From IMG/VR virus record IMGVR_UViG_2852501635_000002, positions 1-64,000 of that record: a DNA stretch of 64,000 nucleotides. One strand, written 5' to 3'. The stretch comes from a virus (lineage: Duplodnaviria; Caudoviricetes). This document shows, piece after piece, positions 29,238-39,648 of the stretch. The position numbers were made by a program, and so were the translations under genes. The notes under the pieces were generated by a model. That model was not told the DNA's origin, made no database searches, and saw nothing but the letters and a program-made list of their open reading frames with translations. Within the stretch, counting starts at the first letter, position 1, and each line of letters opens with the position of its first letter.

Positions 29238-30512
29238 ATGCCAATTCAAGTAAATGTCACGACAAAAGTTAATAGCGCCTCTATTCGGCGTGAAACATAC
29301 AACGGTCGTGAACACATTATTATCCCAAGTTATACGCTTCCAGCAAACGTCATTATGAATGGTGGATTATATCCAGCAAGTGAGATTGACGCCCATTACC
29401 GAGAGTTAGAAGGCACTCCTGCGCCATTAGGCCACCCTACGCTTGATGGTCAGTTTGTATCAGCGCTTTCTTTCGAAGGTCTTAATGTTGGGTATATCGG
29501 CGCAGCAAACAGAAATGTTTCCAAGGTTGGTAATCGCATCTATTTAGAAAAGTGGATAGATGTAGATAAGGCTAAAGAGTCAGAAGGCGGCAAAGAAGTT
29601 CTTCAGCGCGTAGAAGCGATTGAAAACGGTGAAAGCTCAGAGCCAATTCATACGAGCGTCGCAGTCTTTCTTGAGCAGATTGAAGCAAGCGAAGAGCAGA
29701 AAGCGCAGGGTTATAACTGGATTGCAAAGATACACAGCATGGATCATGACGCAATTCTGCTCTATGAATCAGGAGCAGCAACACCAGATCAAGGTGTTGG
29801 AATGATGGTTAATGCTGACCAAGCCACAGAGGTTAAAACCAACAGTGGCGCTCTAGTTGGTGAAACTTATCGTGAAAAATCACATCGCCTTGAAATGGCC
29901 GCAAAGAAACAGTTCGTTGCTGGTGATGGTTACGTGTGGGTATCGGACTTCACAGACACTCATGCAGTAATCGTTATCGATGGAGGTAATGCAAAACTAC
30001 ATTCCTACACAAATGAAAATGGCAACATCACCTTTGATGCGCAAGGCGAAGAAGTTGAGCGTCAAGAGTCATGGGTGAAGGTTATAACAAACAAACTTAA
30101 ATCAGCTTTCAGTAAACCGCAGGCAAGCCCTGCAATCAATAACAGCACGGAGGGCGACATGCCTTTAACTCAAGAAGAAAAAACAGAGCTTTATTCAGAA
30201 ATCGGCAATCAAATTGCTGCGAATGTAACAAAAGCATTGGAAGGTATCACGTCAAAAATTGATACGTTACAAGCCAATCAAGATCAGTTAAAAGAAACTT
30301 TAACCGCAAATCAACGCGCAGAAGAAACCGAAATGCGCAAAGTAATTGCCGAAAAATACGGTGAAGTGGTGGCTAACTCACTGCAAGGTCAAGCACTGAT
30401 CGACATGCATAAACAAATTGGTGACGCAGCAAGTTTGGCCGGCAACTCAGGCGCACAGCAAGAGCAAACTGGCGCACCAGACTATGCGGAATACTTTGGA
30501 GGTGCTAAATAA
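29238..30512 (+). CDS. Prohead protease/scaffold
   Basis: PLGHP and DHDAIL motifs; coiled C-terminus; position. Confidence 0.75.
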   Translation: MPIQVNVTTKVNSASIRRETYNGREHIIIPSYTLPANVIMNGGLYPASEIDAHYRELEGTPAPLGHPTLDGQFVSALSFEGLNVGYIGAANRNVSKVGNRIYLEKWIDVDKAKESEGGKEVLQRVEAIENGESSEPIHTSVAVFLEQIEASEEQKAQGYNWIAKIHSMDHDAILLYESGAATPDQGVGMMVNADQATEVKTNSGALVGETYREKSHRLEMAAKKQFVAGDGYVWVSDFTDTHAVIVIDGGNAKLHSYTNENGNITFDAQGEEVERQESWVKVITNKLKSAFSKPQASPAINNSTEGDMPLTQEEKTELYSEIGNQIAANVTKALEGITSKIDTLQANQDQLKETLTANQRAEETEMRKVIAEKYGEVVANSLQGQALIDMHKQIGDAASLAGNSGAQQEQTGAPDYAEYFGGAK

Positions 30513-30961
30513 TGGCTATTAGTCGCTATCGCCGTGTAAACCTTGACGGTAAATCAATCACAGAAACTCGCGCAGCAAAAGCGGTTACGTTGCCGGGCAC
30601 TTTTGTTGTTATTAACGCAGACAATGAGTTTTCTCAAGCTACTGCATTATCCGGACGCATTTATGTAGCTAATCCAGCATATCACCAAGGGCTATCTATT
30701 CGTGATGGCGTTCCGGTTGGTGATTCTCTAGTTGGTGAGTATGTAGAAGAAGGTCGAGAGCTGGCTGTGTTGGTTCCTGCTGGAACTTATAAAAAAGACT
30801 CACCGATCAAGCTTGGTGCTGATGGTAAAGGCGCTCTTGCATCTGCTGATACAGAATCAGTAATTGGCTACTCTCAAGATGAAGTGACGCTAAAAGCTGA
30901 TGATTTCATTCGTGTTCGCTTTCGTGTTGGCACTGTGGCTACTGCAACTACTGATCAATAA
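30512..30961 (+). CDS. Head decoration/cement protein
   Basis: 149 aa, between scaffold and capsid genes. Confidence 0.65.
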   Translation: MAISRYRRVNLDGKSITETRAAKAVTLPGTFVVINADNEFSQATALSGRIYVANPAYHQGLSIRDGVPVGDSLVGEYVEEGRELAVLVPAGTYKKDSPIKLGADGKGALASADTESVIGYSQDEVTLKADDFIRVRFRVGTVATATTDQ

Positions 30962-30973
30962 AAAGGAAAAAAC

Positions 30974-32068
30974 ATGTTTTATACTGCTGAAACTTTAGCA
31001 ACAAATAGCCGACTGCAACGTCAGTGGGATAGCCTATGGGCTACACGTAATATCTATAACACGCAACATAACCTGATGATAAACCAGTATCGGAATGTTA
31101 TGGATGGTGAGACTTTAGCGGCAAACCAGTCAGGCGGTTTCTCTAAGGACTTTTGGAAAGAAGTAGATAACAATATTATTCAGTTGCGCGACCAAGAAAC
31201 AGGCATGGAAATCGTCAATGATTTAATGGGCCTGCAAACAGTGTTACCAATTGGCAAAACAGCGAAACTGTATAACGTGGTTGGCGATATTGCTGATGAC
31301 GTATCAATCAGCATCGATGGTCAAGCACCATACTCTCATGATCACACCGATTATGATTCTGATGGTGACCCAATCCCAGTATTTACCGCTGGCTTTGGTG
31401 TTAACTGGCGTCATGCGGCGGGTTTAAGCACAGTTGGCATTGATCTTGTTCTTGATTCTCAAACTGCAAAAATGCGTCAATTCAATAAGAAAGTAGTTAA
31501 CTACTTCTTAAATGGTGATGCATCTATTAGTGTTGAGGGATACAAAGGCCAAGGCCTGAAAAATCACCGCAACACAGCGAAAATCGACTTAGGAGCTTCT
31601 GGTGCTAATATCGATTTAACCACAGCTGACTTGCCTGCATTGTTAGCGTTCTTTGGTTTTGGTGGTGCGTTCGGTCAGACTGCATTCAACAACAAAGTGG
31701 ACGCTTACGATGTTATGTGGGTGAGTTACGAAACATGGGGTAACTTAATCAAGCCTGTGGTTGTTTCTGTTGGTGCTGGTGCAGGTAACAGCGTGGTAAA
31801 TGGTCGCATTATCGATACATTACTACCGTATGCTGGCGTGAAAGAAATTCGCCCTACTTATGCGCTTAAAGGCTCTGAGTTTATCGCTTATCAACGTCGT
31901 AAAGATGTAGTGACTCCGTTAGTTGGTATGGCAACAGGTGTTGTTCCTAAACCTCGCTTTATGCCACAGGAAAACTACAACTTCCAAATCATGAGCGCAG
32001 CAGGTCTGCAAATTACTCGTGACGGTGACGGCAAGTCTGGTGTGGTTTACGGTGCTAAACTGAGCTAA
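30974..32068 (+). CDS. Major capsid protein
   Basis: 364 aa; position; YFLNGD...GLKNH. Confidence 0.85.
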   Translation: MFYTAETLATNSRLQRQWDSLWATRNIYNTQHNLMINQYRNVMDGETLAANQSGGFSKDFWKEVDNNIIQLRDQETGMEIVNDLMGLQTVLPIGKTAKLYNVVGDIADDVSISIDGQAPYSHDHTDYDSDGDPIPVFTAGFGVNWRHAAGLSTVGIDLVLDSQTAKMRQFNKKVVNYFLNGDASISVEGYKGQGLKNHRNTAKIDLGASGANIDLTTADLPALLAFFGFGGAFGQTAFNNKVDAYDVMWVSYETWGNLIKPVVVSVGAGAGNSVVNGRIIDTLLPYAGVKEIRPTYALKGSEFIAYQRRKDVVTPLVGMATGVVPKPRFMPQENYNFQIMSAAGLQITRDGDGKSGVVYGAKLS

Positions 32069-32077
32069 GGATCTGCA

Positions 32078-32251
32078 ATGACAAAGTACGAGGTTATTAT
32101 CCCTTGGCATGGTGTCGAAAAGGGTCAGGTGGTTGAGTTAGAAAATCTTCATCCAGCCTTTAAGGCTAATGTTAGAGCATTATCTAATGATGCCGCTGAG
32201 TTGGTCCCAGCCACACCAAAAGCCAAGTCTAAAAAAGACAAAGATGAATAG
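32078..32251 (+). CDS. 57-aa head-associated protein
   Basis: Manual translation MTKYEVIIPWHGVEKG...; AAGGA RBS; followed by a terminator. Confidence 0.7.
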   Translation: MTKYEVIIPWHGVEKGQVVELENLHPAFKANVRALSNDAAELVPATPKAKSKKDKDE

Positions 32252-32308
32252 CCGCGAAAGCGGTTTTTTTTATGCCCTCGAAAGGGGGCTTTGCTTTGTG
32301 AGGTAATC

Positions 32309-32707
32309 ATGATCACAAAAGAGCAAGCCAAAGAGTACCTGACAGGGCAGGGAATAGAATTACCTGATTTTATTCTCGATGCGCTTATTGAGCAGGTAGG
32401 CAGTATTCAAGAATGCCTTGATAAACACTATCCATCAGCAACTGCACTATTAATCCAGATGTATCTGCTTTCACTTATGGCGCTTGGTCAAGGTGATAAG
32501 TATATAAGCTCACAAACAGCACCTAACGGCGCTTCACGCTCATTTCGATATCAATCGTTTGGTGATAGATGGAAAGCGGCCGCATCCCTACTGCGTGGTT
32601 TAGATAAGCACGGTTGTGCTAATGATTTAATACCAGCCGATCCGACTCAAACTGCTCATGCTGGTTTGTGGATAGCGAAAGGTGGCTGTATGTGTAGGGG
32701 GGTGTAA
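32309..32707 (+). CDS. Head-tail adaptor
   Basis: Position in the neck module. Confidence 0.7.
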   Translation: MITKEQAKEYLTGQGIELPDFILDALIEQVGSIQECLDKHYPSATALLIQMYLLSLMALGQGDKYISSQTAPNGASRSFRYQSFGDRWKAAASLLRGLDKHGCANDLIPADPTQTAHAGLWIAKGGCMCRGV

Positions 32708-33048
32708 TGAGTTCAGTTGCAAATTGGGCTTACACCTCGTGGGCTACTTTATGGGAAGCAAACGGAAAAGATAAATACGGCAAAGTTACATTCTCTGAGC
32801 CGGTTCATTTTCTTTGTGGTTATGGTAGCGAGCTTAAATCTGGAAAGTTGGATGTTGGCTCTGAAATTACCATTAAGTTGGTTTTCTGGACTGAGTATGC
32901 TGATGCTAAAAAAGGTGACTTTATCGCTATTGGTAAGCACTCAGGCGATCCGTTATCTGTCGGTGCTGATGAAATCAAATTCATCAAACGCGATGAAGAC
33001 CTATTTGAGCATATTGCAGATGACTACACTCTGATAACGGCGGTGTGA
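32707..33048 (+). CDS. Head closure protein
   Basis: Position; DKYG motif. Confidence 0.65.
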   Translation: MSSVANWAYTSWATLWEANGKDKYGKVTFSEPVHFLCGYGSELKSGKLDVGSEITIKLVFWTEYADAKKGDFIAIGKHSGDPLSVGADEIKFIKRDEDLFEHIADDYTLITAV

Positions 33049-33049
33049 T

Positions 33050-33421
33050 ATGGGAGTAAAAGTAAGGGGTATTTCTCAAGCTAATGCAAACCTTAGAGCA
33101 CTTGTTGGTGACATACAAGGTAAGAAAGTGATGAGAGCTATTCAGTCAGCTTTGTTGATTGGTAGTGAGCTATCATTCTTATACACGCCGATTGGTGACA
33201 CATCAACCCTGATAAACTCACAATTCAGAGAGGTCAAGATTAACGGAACATTAGTTACTGGCAGGGTTGGTTACTCCGCTAACTATGCAGTTTACGTTCA
33301 TGATCCTAGAGTTAAGCAAAAATTCAGACGCTCAACGGCAAAGAAAGAGTTTCTAAAATTGTCCTTCGAGGAGGCGAGAGCTGATATAGACAGAGCACTT
33401 AAACGGGAGCTTCAAATATGA
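33050..33421 (+). CDS. Tail completion protein (HK97 gp10-like)
   Basis: TPIGDTSTL; YAVYVH. Confidence 0.7.
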   Translation: MGVKVRGISQANANLRALVGDIQGKKVMRAIQSALLIGSELSFLYTPIGDTSTLINSQFREVKINGTLVTGRVGYSANYAVYVHDPRVKQKFRRSTAKKEFLKLSFEEARADIDRALKRELQI

Positions 33422-33786
33422 TACACGAGAAGTTTGAGCGCTACTTAAACAGAGGTAATCTGCTCGATGGTTTCATCGTTCAATATCTGACGTGGAATGA
33501 GCAACCAGACGAAAAGACTCAGCAATATGCTGTTATTCAGCCTGATGATGGTAGCGGTCGATTTGCTGATTTGGGTGCTGATGATTTCGTGACGCTTGTT
33601 CTAGTATCTGCACAGTGTGATCCCGAGCCTGCATTGATAAGAGCTAATGAAATTCTAAATTACGTCGCTAACAACTCGTTAGATTGCGAACTCAATTCAA
33701 TCTACAACTTAGGCGGTCTACCAAGACCTATACCGACAGAAGAAGGGCGGTTTATCCTTAAGCTTTCTTTCCGCTGCACATCTTAA
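33418..33786 (+). CDS. Tail terminator
   Basis: Position before the tail tube gene. Confidence 0.65.
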   Translation: MIHEKFERYLNRGNLLDGFIVQYLTWNEQPDEKTQQYAVIQPDDGSGRFADLGADDFVTLVLVSAQCDPEPALIRANEILNYVANNSLDCELNSIYNLGGLPRPIPTEEGRFILKLSFRCTS

Positions 33787-33850
33787 ATTAAACACATCTC
33801 AACAGGTCGCTTATGCGGCCTTTTTTATTTGTAAATAAAGAGGTTATAAC

Positions 33851-34606
33851 ATGTCACAATGTCCTGACAAAAAAGGGTTGGTGATGGGTAATGCGGGAAT
33901 TATCCGTATTGCAAAAGGCTGTCCTGACCAAGTACCAGCACAAGATCAATTCTTGCGCTTAGGTGCGCTAACAAGCAAGTCATTCGATTTCGGTATGGAG
34001 ACAGTGACATCTAATGCTGATGACACCAAAGGCTTAACTGAGTCAATTGTTACTGGTGCTGACTTCACCATTAGTTTTGATGGTGAATTAAAGAAAGCTG
34101 GTGTAACCGGTTCTACTTCCGCGTTTGATATTGCCAAAGAAATCCTTGATGAAATCAAAGCAAGTCGCCAACCGTCATATTGGGTTCAACTTGATATGAA
34201 AGGCGATGGCTCTGATGTTGTTCAGGGTTATATGGCTTTCACATCTTGGTCAATGGAGTTTCCAACAAAAGAAATTTCCACTTATTCAGGTGAATTGAAA
34301 GTCTATGACTCAGACACCGTTGAATGGCTACAAGAAGAAATCGTTGTTGAAAGCGTTGCCGTTGAGCCATCCACCCTGTCTGTAAAAGTGGGTGAAACCA
34401 AGACATTTACTGTCAAATTTACCCCAACCGATGCGACGAACAAAAACTATACTGCTGTGAGCGATAAGCCGAACTTTGCAACAGTTACTCAGCTTGTGAA
34501 TGTAGTCACCGTGCGTGGTGTTGCTGAAGGTACTGCAAATATCACTGTCACATCTGAAGATGGTAGTAAAACAGCAAAATGCGTGGTCACTGTTACCGCT
34601 GCTTAA
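33851..34606 (+). CDS. Tail tube protein with C-terminal Ig-like domain
   Basis: C-terminal LSVKVGET...PTDATNK...GTANITVT...CVVTV. Confidence 0.85.
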   Translation: MSQCPDKKGLVMGNAGIIRIAKGCPDQVPAQDQFLRLGALTSKSFDFGMETVTSNADDTKGLTESIVTGADFTISFDGELKKAGVTGSTSAFDIAKEILDEIKASRQPSYWVQLDMKGDGSDVVQGYMAFTSWSMEFPTKEISTYSGELKVYDSDTVEWLQEEIVVESVAVEPSTLSVKVGETKTFTVKFTPTDATNKNYTAVSDKPNFATVTQLVNVVTVRGVAEGTANITVTSEDGSKTAKCVVTVTAA

Positions 34607-34655
34607 TATTACAAAGGGTGCTTTCGAGTACCCTTGATAATATTCAGGAGGGATT

Positions 34656-35345
34656 ATGACGCCTATTTTAGAAATCGGTGAGATGGTTATCTCTACTGAT
34701 AAAAATGATTACTTATTTAGACCATCGTTCATCAATATGACAAGAATCGGTGAGCCTAAACAGATTGTGAAAGCCTACGGTCAATTAAATGGCGCTGAGG
34801 TGCAAGAGTTAATTGCACGCGCCGTAATAAGCTACAGGGTTATTCCTGAGTGGTTAATAAAAGCCATTAGCAAGCCAACATATGGGCGTAATATCCTACA
34901 AACTGCAATGATAGTGATGCAGGCGTGTTGTGATGATGATTGTTCAGAAATTATTGGTGAATGGAGATCGGGTAAGCGAGGTATTGTCTATAAAAACGGT
35001 AAGATGCCAATCGCTGACATTATCGTCATTGCTCGAGAATTATTCACTCACGGAATTATCGGTAAAGCGAAGATCCGCAAACTTCAACGCAATGAGGGCA
35101 AAAACGAATTCTCAGATGAGTTTATGGCAATTGACTACATTAGCTCAGCTCGTGCTCATTTTGGTATGAATCGTGATGAAGCCGAACAGTTAACTATGAC
35201 TGAATTTCAGATGATGCTCAAAGCTAAATATCCAGATGAGAAAGGATTTACTAAAGAAGAATATGACAACATCATGAAGCAAGATGATAAACGCAATGAT
35301 GAGCTGATCAGTGGTAAGCGTCGATTGGTGAGCAGGAAGAGATAA
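34656..35345 (+). CDS. Tail assembly chaperone
   Basis: Position after tail tube; LTMTEF motif. Confidence 0.75.
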   Translation: MTPILEIGEMVISTDKNDYLFRPSFINMTRIGEPKQIVKAYGQLNGAEVQELIARAVISYRVIPEWLIKAISKPTYGRNILQTAMIVMQACCDDDCSEIIGEWRSGKRGIVYKNGKMPIADIIVIARELFTHGIIGKAKIRKLQRNEGKNEFSDEFMAIDYISSARAHFGMNRDEAEQLTMTEFQMMLKAKYPDEKGFTKEEYDNIMKQDDKRNDELISGKRRLVSRKR

Positions 35346-35427
35346 GTTCGTTTTTTGAAAGCGCCAATCCCAACCTTGTCCGAAGATAGCCGAACTGTAA
35401 ATTTGAGTCGTTTTTAGGGTGGTGATA

Positions 35428-35443
35428 CTGTGTTTATATACAG
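35428..35443. promoter_or_regulatory. LexA (SOS) box-like site
   Basis: CTGTGTTTATATACAG = CTGT-N8-ACAG. Confidence 0.6.
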
Positions 35444-35595
35444 TTTAAGTCTCCTCTAAATAGAGATTTATCTCTTGTGATAGATAGTGATACTCCTCTC
35501 GGAGGCACAAACTTTTATTGAAGTTAACTAAATGTTGTTTTACGATAGCCTCAGTTATTTTTATCAAATTGCGTAACTAGGCAGATAAATAAAGT

Positions 35596-36378
35596 ATGCA
35601 ACCTATACACAAGTCTGAAGAATTACTTTCCAAAATGGCCTCGATGCTTCAGTCTGGACAGACAATCGATGATATGTCGCTAATGAGATACATTAATGAT
35701 ATTAACAAGTATTTTTCTGGGCTTGAAAAGAATTACGCACTTGGTATTGCTTATGGACTAAATAAAAATATCCAAAAATCAATTTATTATTTTGAATTAG
35801 CTTTACAGGTTCCTAACGGTGATTATGCTCTTGGATATCTATCAATCATTTGCAATTTAGGATCGACAAGGCAGGCAAGAGAGCTATCTGCGAGACTTGC
35901 CACGGAATACGAATCAAAAATATTTGCTAAATTTGCATTCCAATATAGCTTGTTTTTTGCTGATTTAAAAATGATGGGTGTTTTCATGACACAGTGGATA
36001 AAATTATCTCTAAATGAGGAGCGCATGAAATTACAGGAAGAGTTAAAAAAAGCTAGCTCAGCCCTGTCTAAATTTAGAGATATGGCTGGATTCTCTCAGC
36101 CAGAAACTGAGATGTTGTCAGGGATTATCATGGATCTAATAGATGACAATAACTATCAGGTGCTAAGTGTCGAGTACATTAGTGACAATAGATTCGATGA
36201 GCCTATAAATTCATACATGGTAACAACAAACTGCTCAACGGCATCAACTTTAGCAGATATGAACATGGATTTAGCTTTTAAGTTCGCAGATCATGAGGAA
36301 TTTTTAGGTAAAAAGTTTAGCGTTTATATTAAAGGCTCTGATAGCGATGCAGGATCGGAGGCTTCGTCATGCCAATAA
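35596..36378 (+). CDS. Moron protein with TPR-like N-terminus
   Basis: YALGIAYG...KSIYYFELAL helical repeat; AT-rich. Confidence 0.7.
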   Translation: MQPIHKSEELLSKMASMLQSGQTIDDMSLMRYINDINKYFSGLEKNYALGIAYGLNKNIQKSIYYFELALQVPNGDYALGYLSIICNLGSTRQARELSARLATEYESKIFAKFAFQYSLFFADLKMMGVFMTQWIKLSLNEERMKLQEELKKASSALSKFRDMAGFSQPETEMLSGIIMDLIDDNNYQVLSVEYISDNRFDEPINSYMVTTNCSTASTLADMNMDLAFKFADHEEFLGKKFSVYIKGSDSDAGSEASSCQ

Positions 36379-36776
36379 CATGCAGTGAGTTGCTGGATTT
36401 TGCTAGAGACTGTCTAGATAGGAACGATGAAGTAGGGTATAGAAACGCCATATCAAGAGCCTACTATGCCGCATATCATTGTGTTTATCCAGCACTTAGA
36501 CATGGACCAAAAGATAATCATCAGGGATTAATAGATTATTTACTTGGTGACGGCTCAAAGGGTAGTGAAAAATACGATCCTAAAGCATTGAGAGCAATAG
36601 GATTTATGTTGCAAACACTGAAAGATAACAGGATCATAGCAGACTATAGGCTAGATAATAAGTTTGCTTCTGGTAAGAGAGATGCGGAAACTGCTATCCA
36701 CCTCAGCTCTAATGTTCAAAATAAAATAATAGAAATTATAAGTAAAAAGCAAGCATCGATACCAAATTCCAACTAA
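36369..36776 (+). CDS. HEPN domain protein
   Basis: AISRAYYAAYH and RIIADY motifs. Confidence 0.8.
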   Translation: MPITCSELLDFARDCLDRNDEVGYRNAISRAYYAAYHCVYPALRHGPKDNHQGLIDYLLGDGSKGSEKYDPKALRAIGFMLQTLKDNRIIADYRLDNKFASGKRDAETAIHLSSNVQNKIIEIISKKQASIPNSN

Positions 36777-36892
36777 CCCACTCCGGTGGGTTTTTTATTG
36801 CCCAAATTTCACCACGCCTCTTAATTGAGGCTTTTTGCTTTTCTTTGCATCGCTGTCTATATAACATAAGTGCCCGTCCTTGGGCGTTATGT

Positions 36893-37711
36893 TTACTTGA
36901 TTAATACAGGATGTTTTCCGTTTAAGCTTTCCTGTAACCGAATAAGAATTGAATATCCATCTTGGAGTCGGTCACGCAATCTGTAAGCAATTGGCGAATC
37001 GACACTGCATAATGCTGGATATAATTCAACTTTCCATGCGGTGTATATGGCTTCGTAATGTTTAGCTAGCGCATTTACGTGGTGAGCATCCATATTACGA
37101 TTAGCTCTCTCTTGAGTAACGTCTCGCGGGGTTTCTTTAGGAATGTATTCACCTTCCAAAGCATCAAGATAAGAGATTGCCAGCGGTATCTGCTCTGGTA
37201 ACAGTTCATTGATATGTTCAACGCCGAACTCTTTGTGAATATGTTTCCATATATCGGGGTAAATATTACCAACGCCATGAGCAATTAAGCGCTCTGCTGT
37301 TTGGCGTAAAGGGATCAGTTCTTTGGCTGTTGATTGGCGAAAGTTGGTTTTTTGCTTAGCATCTTCTTTCTTAGTAAAGTAAAAATCCTCTAACGCTTCG
37401 AACACATCCCATGCTTTGTCTGTATCTAACATTTTCGCATGACGAGCTGCGCCTCGCTCAGTCCAAAGTATAAGGCTTCTAACCTTGGTTGATATTTGTA
37501 ACTGACTCATTGTCAGTCGCAAATTATTAAGAGCATCACCGACAATCTTGAAGTAATGCTTGCCTTCGATAAAGCGTTTTTTATTACGTTTAAAATTTTG
37601 CTGAATATTATTAATTTCAGTTTCATAAACGTTAGCTAAGAGCTCGGTAGTAATTACGCGAAACCCGTTATGTTGAACAGGTGGTAAATTTTGAACAGTT
37701 AATGTGCTCAT
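36893..37711 (-). CDS. ORF6N plus P22AR-C-like antirepressor-family protein
   Basis: RVITTELLA.VY; RFIEGKHYF; LWTERGA. Confidence 0.85.
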   Translation of the reverse strand: MSTLTVQNLPPVQHNGFRVITTELLANVYETEINNIQQNFKRNKKRFIEGKHYFKIVGDALNNLRLTMSQLQISTKVRSLILWTERGAARHAKMLDTDKAWDVFEALEDFYFTKKEDAKQKTNFRQSTAKELIPLRQTAERLIAHGVGNIYPDIWKHIHKEFGVEHINELLPEQIPLAISYLDALEGEYIPKETPRDVTQERANRNMDAHHVNALAKHYEAIYTAWKVELYPALCSVDSPIAYRLRDRLQDGYSILIRLQESLNGKHPVLIK

Positions 37712-38463
37712 GCCGCTACCTCCGTGTTTAATAATTTAGCTAGTTTAGATAAACCTTTTGCTGTGACACGAACTTGTGATACTTGCTTATCTTCACCAGT
37801 AGAACTTTTAACAACGGTAACTTTGTGCTCAAGCAATCCTTGTTGGATTTTATCTTGATACGCAATCCAAGCTGTTCCAATACGGCGATAGATCCATTTG
37901 CTATGACTCATTAAGTCAAACAGTGATTTAGGTTTAACTTGCAATTGCTTGGCTGCATCAGTAATACATAGAGAACCTTCTGCTTTAGCGATACGAGTTA
38001 AAGCGTCAACATCAGGCTTCATTTCTTCGACTTGGTGCTCAAGATGCATAACTTTTTCGGTGTAAGAAATTAAAGCATCACGTAAGAAAGCAGGGTCATT
38101 AAGCGCGACCATTGGATCAATAGATGGTTTAGCTTTGCCAGTTTCAAGGTCGTACCAGCGCTTAATTACTGCAGCACGGCGCTTTAAGTCGTAACCAGTG
38201 ATAAGAACTTCAGTATGGTAACGGTCAAGGTTAAATTCTGAAACGTAACCACGAGAATCAATGGTTATAGAGATGCCGCTAGATAATGTAACTTTATGAT
38301 TTTTATAATGGTCGAAATCACGACCATCTTTTTTGATACCGTAAAGTTGCTCTGTCATATTCCAGATATCAACGTGAATATGTTTGACTTGCTTGTTTGT
38401 GAGCTCAGCAATCTCACGGCTAGACATGGTGACAACTTGGTTAGTAGTTGTTAAAGTATTCAT
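37708..38463 (-). CDS. Rha plus ANT antirepressor
   Basis: MSSREIAEL; ITDAAK; VTAKGL. Confidence 0.85.
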   Translation of the reverse strand: MNTLTTTNQVVTMSSREIAELTNKQVKHIHVDIWNMTEQLYGIKKDGRDFDHYKNHKVTLSSGISITIDSRGYVSEFNLDRYHTEVLITGYDLKRRAAVIKRWYDLETGKAKPSIDPMVALNDPAFLRDALISYTEKVMHLEHQVEEMKPDVDALTRIAKAEGSLCITDAAKQLQVKPKSLFDLMSHSKWIYRRIGTAWIAYQDKIQQGLLEHKVTVVKSSTGEDKQVSQVRVTAKGLSKLAKLLNTEVAA

Positions 38464-38536
38464 GACGTTATTTCCTATGTGTGGCGTGACGTTATCAGAA
38501 GCTCCGAAGGGTGCGACCGACGGGGCTTCATCTTTA

Positions 38537-38704
38537 TTAATTAATGCGTTCGTCATTTTTTAAACTCCAAACTAATCGCTGAAGAATTGCAGAGTTCAAG
38601 GATAATCCTTCTTCTCTGGCTTTTTTCTCTAAACTATCTTTGATTCTTTTAGGCATTCTTAAGTTATATCTCTCTGTTGCTCTTTGGGTGTAAAGTTCAT
38701 CCAT
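38537..38704 (-). CDS. arc: Arc-like ribbon-helix-helix repressor
   Basis: Manual translation YNLRMPKRIKDSLEKKAREEGLSLNSAILQRL. Confidence 0.8.
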   Translation of the reverse strand: MDELYTQRATERYNLRMPKRIKDSLEKKAREEGLSLNSAILQRLVWSLKNDERIN

Positions 38705-38823
38705 TTTAGATCTCCTATTTAGTTTTGGGATTAAATTAATATCATGGGATTAATTTAACACCATTGCGCGTGGTGTCAAGTTAATCCTACAATAGAATTC
38801 AATTTATTTTATTGGTGATTAAA

Positions 38824-39156
38824 ATGGCTAAATATCCAAGTCAATTACAAGACAAGTTCAATTTACGGCTACCTGATGGCATGAAGGATATTATTGCTGA
38901 AAGAGCAAAAGCCAATGGACGCTCTATGAACTCTGAAATAATTCAAATGCTACAGGATGTTTTAGATAGCGATAGTAGAGGTGACGTTACTACAGATGTG
39001 GCTGATAAAAACTATATTGAAGATGATTGGGTGGCAGGGATCAGGGCATATATGGAGTTTAAGAAAGGGGAAAAAGGGCAGACTTTACTAACAATGGATC
39101 TTGATAAGATAAAAAAACTGAGTGATACGAGACAGAAAAAAGACAATAAAAAATAG
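38824..39156 (+). CDS. mnt: Mnt/Arc-family repressor
   Basis: KFNLRLPDGMKDIIAERAKANGRSMNSEI; divergent from arc. Confidence 0.8.
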   Translation: MAKYPSQLQDKFNLRLPDGMKDIIAERAKANGRSMNSEIIQMLQDVLDSDSRGDVTTDVADKNYIEDDWVAGIRAYMEFKKGEKGQTLLTMDLDKIKKLSDTRQKKDNKK

Positions 39157-39211
39157 CACTTAAGTTAAAATTTATTAAACTAATAACAAATTAACTAACG
39201 AGGATGGTGTT

Positions 39212-39622
39212 GTGAAAAGATTATTAATTACATCTATTTTATCATTATCAGCTTTATCATTAACAGGGTGCGCTAGTGTTTCACCGCCAACACAACAGCA
39301 AATTGAAAGTGCCAGTTATGGGGCATTGCCTGACGACTATCAAGCTCAAATAAAAAATACAATGAGCGCTATGCTAAAGGATCCGTATTCAGCTCAATAT
39401 ACATTTCTTCAACCATTTAAAGGATATTCTCAAGATGGCGCTTGGGCACCATCTAAGGGGGGCGTGACTTATGGATGGGTAGCACCAGTTATGGTGAACG
39501 CAAAAAATAGTTATGGTGGATATACTGGCGCTAAAAGGTATGTGTTTATGTTCTCTAACAGCATACTATATGATGTGACTGGAAATGATGTTTTTGGCCG
39601 AGTTGTGCCAGTAAATCAATAG
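39212..39622 (+). CDS. Lipoprotein (moron)
   Basis: LTGC lipobox; LKDPYSA...VNAKNSYGGYTG. Confidence 0.85.
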   Translation: MKRLLITSILSLSALSLTGCASVSPPTQQQIESASYGALPDDYQAQIKNTMSAMLKDPYSAQYTFLQPFKGYSQDGAWAPSKGGVTYGWVAPVMVNAKNSYGGYTGAKRYVFMFSNSILYDVTGNDVFGRVVPVNQ

Positions 39623-39648
39623 TAAATCAACATTGAGGTAGCGGTGCC

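Noticed and set aside
34656-35345. Programmed G/GT-type frameshift in the tail chaperone
   Set aside because: A single continuous 229-aa ORF, with no downstream overlapping frame identified.
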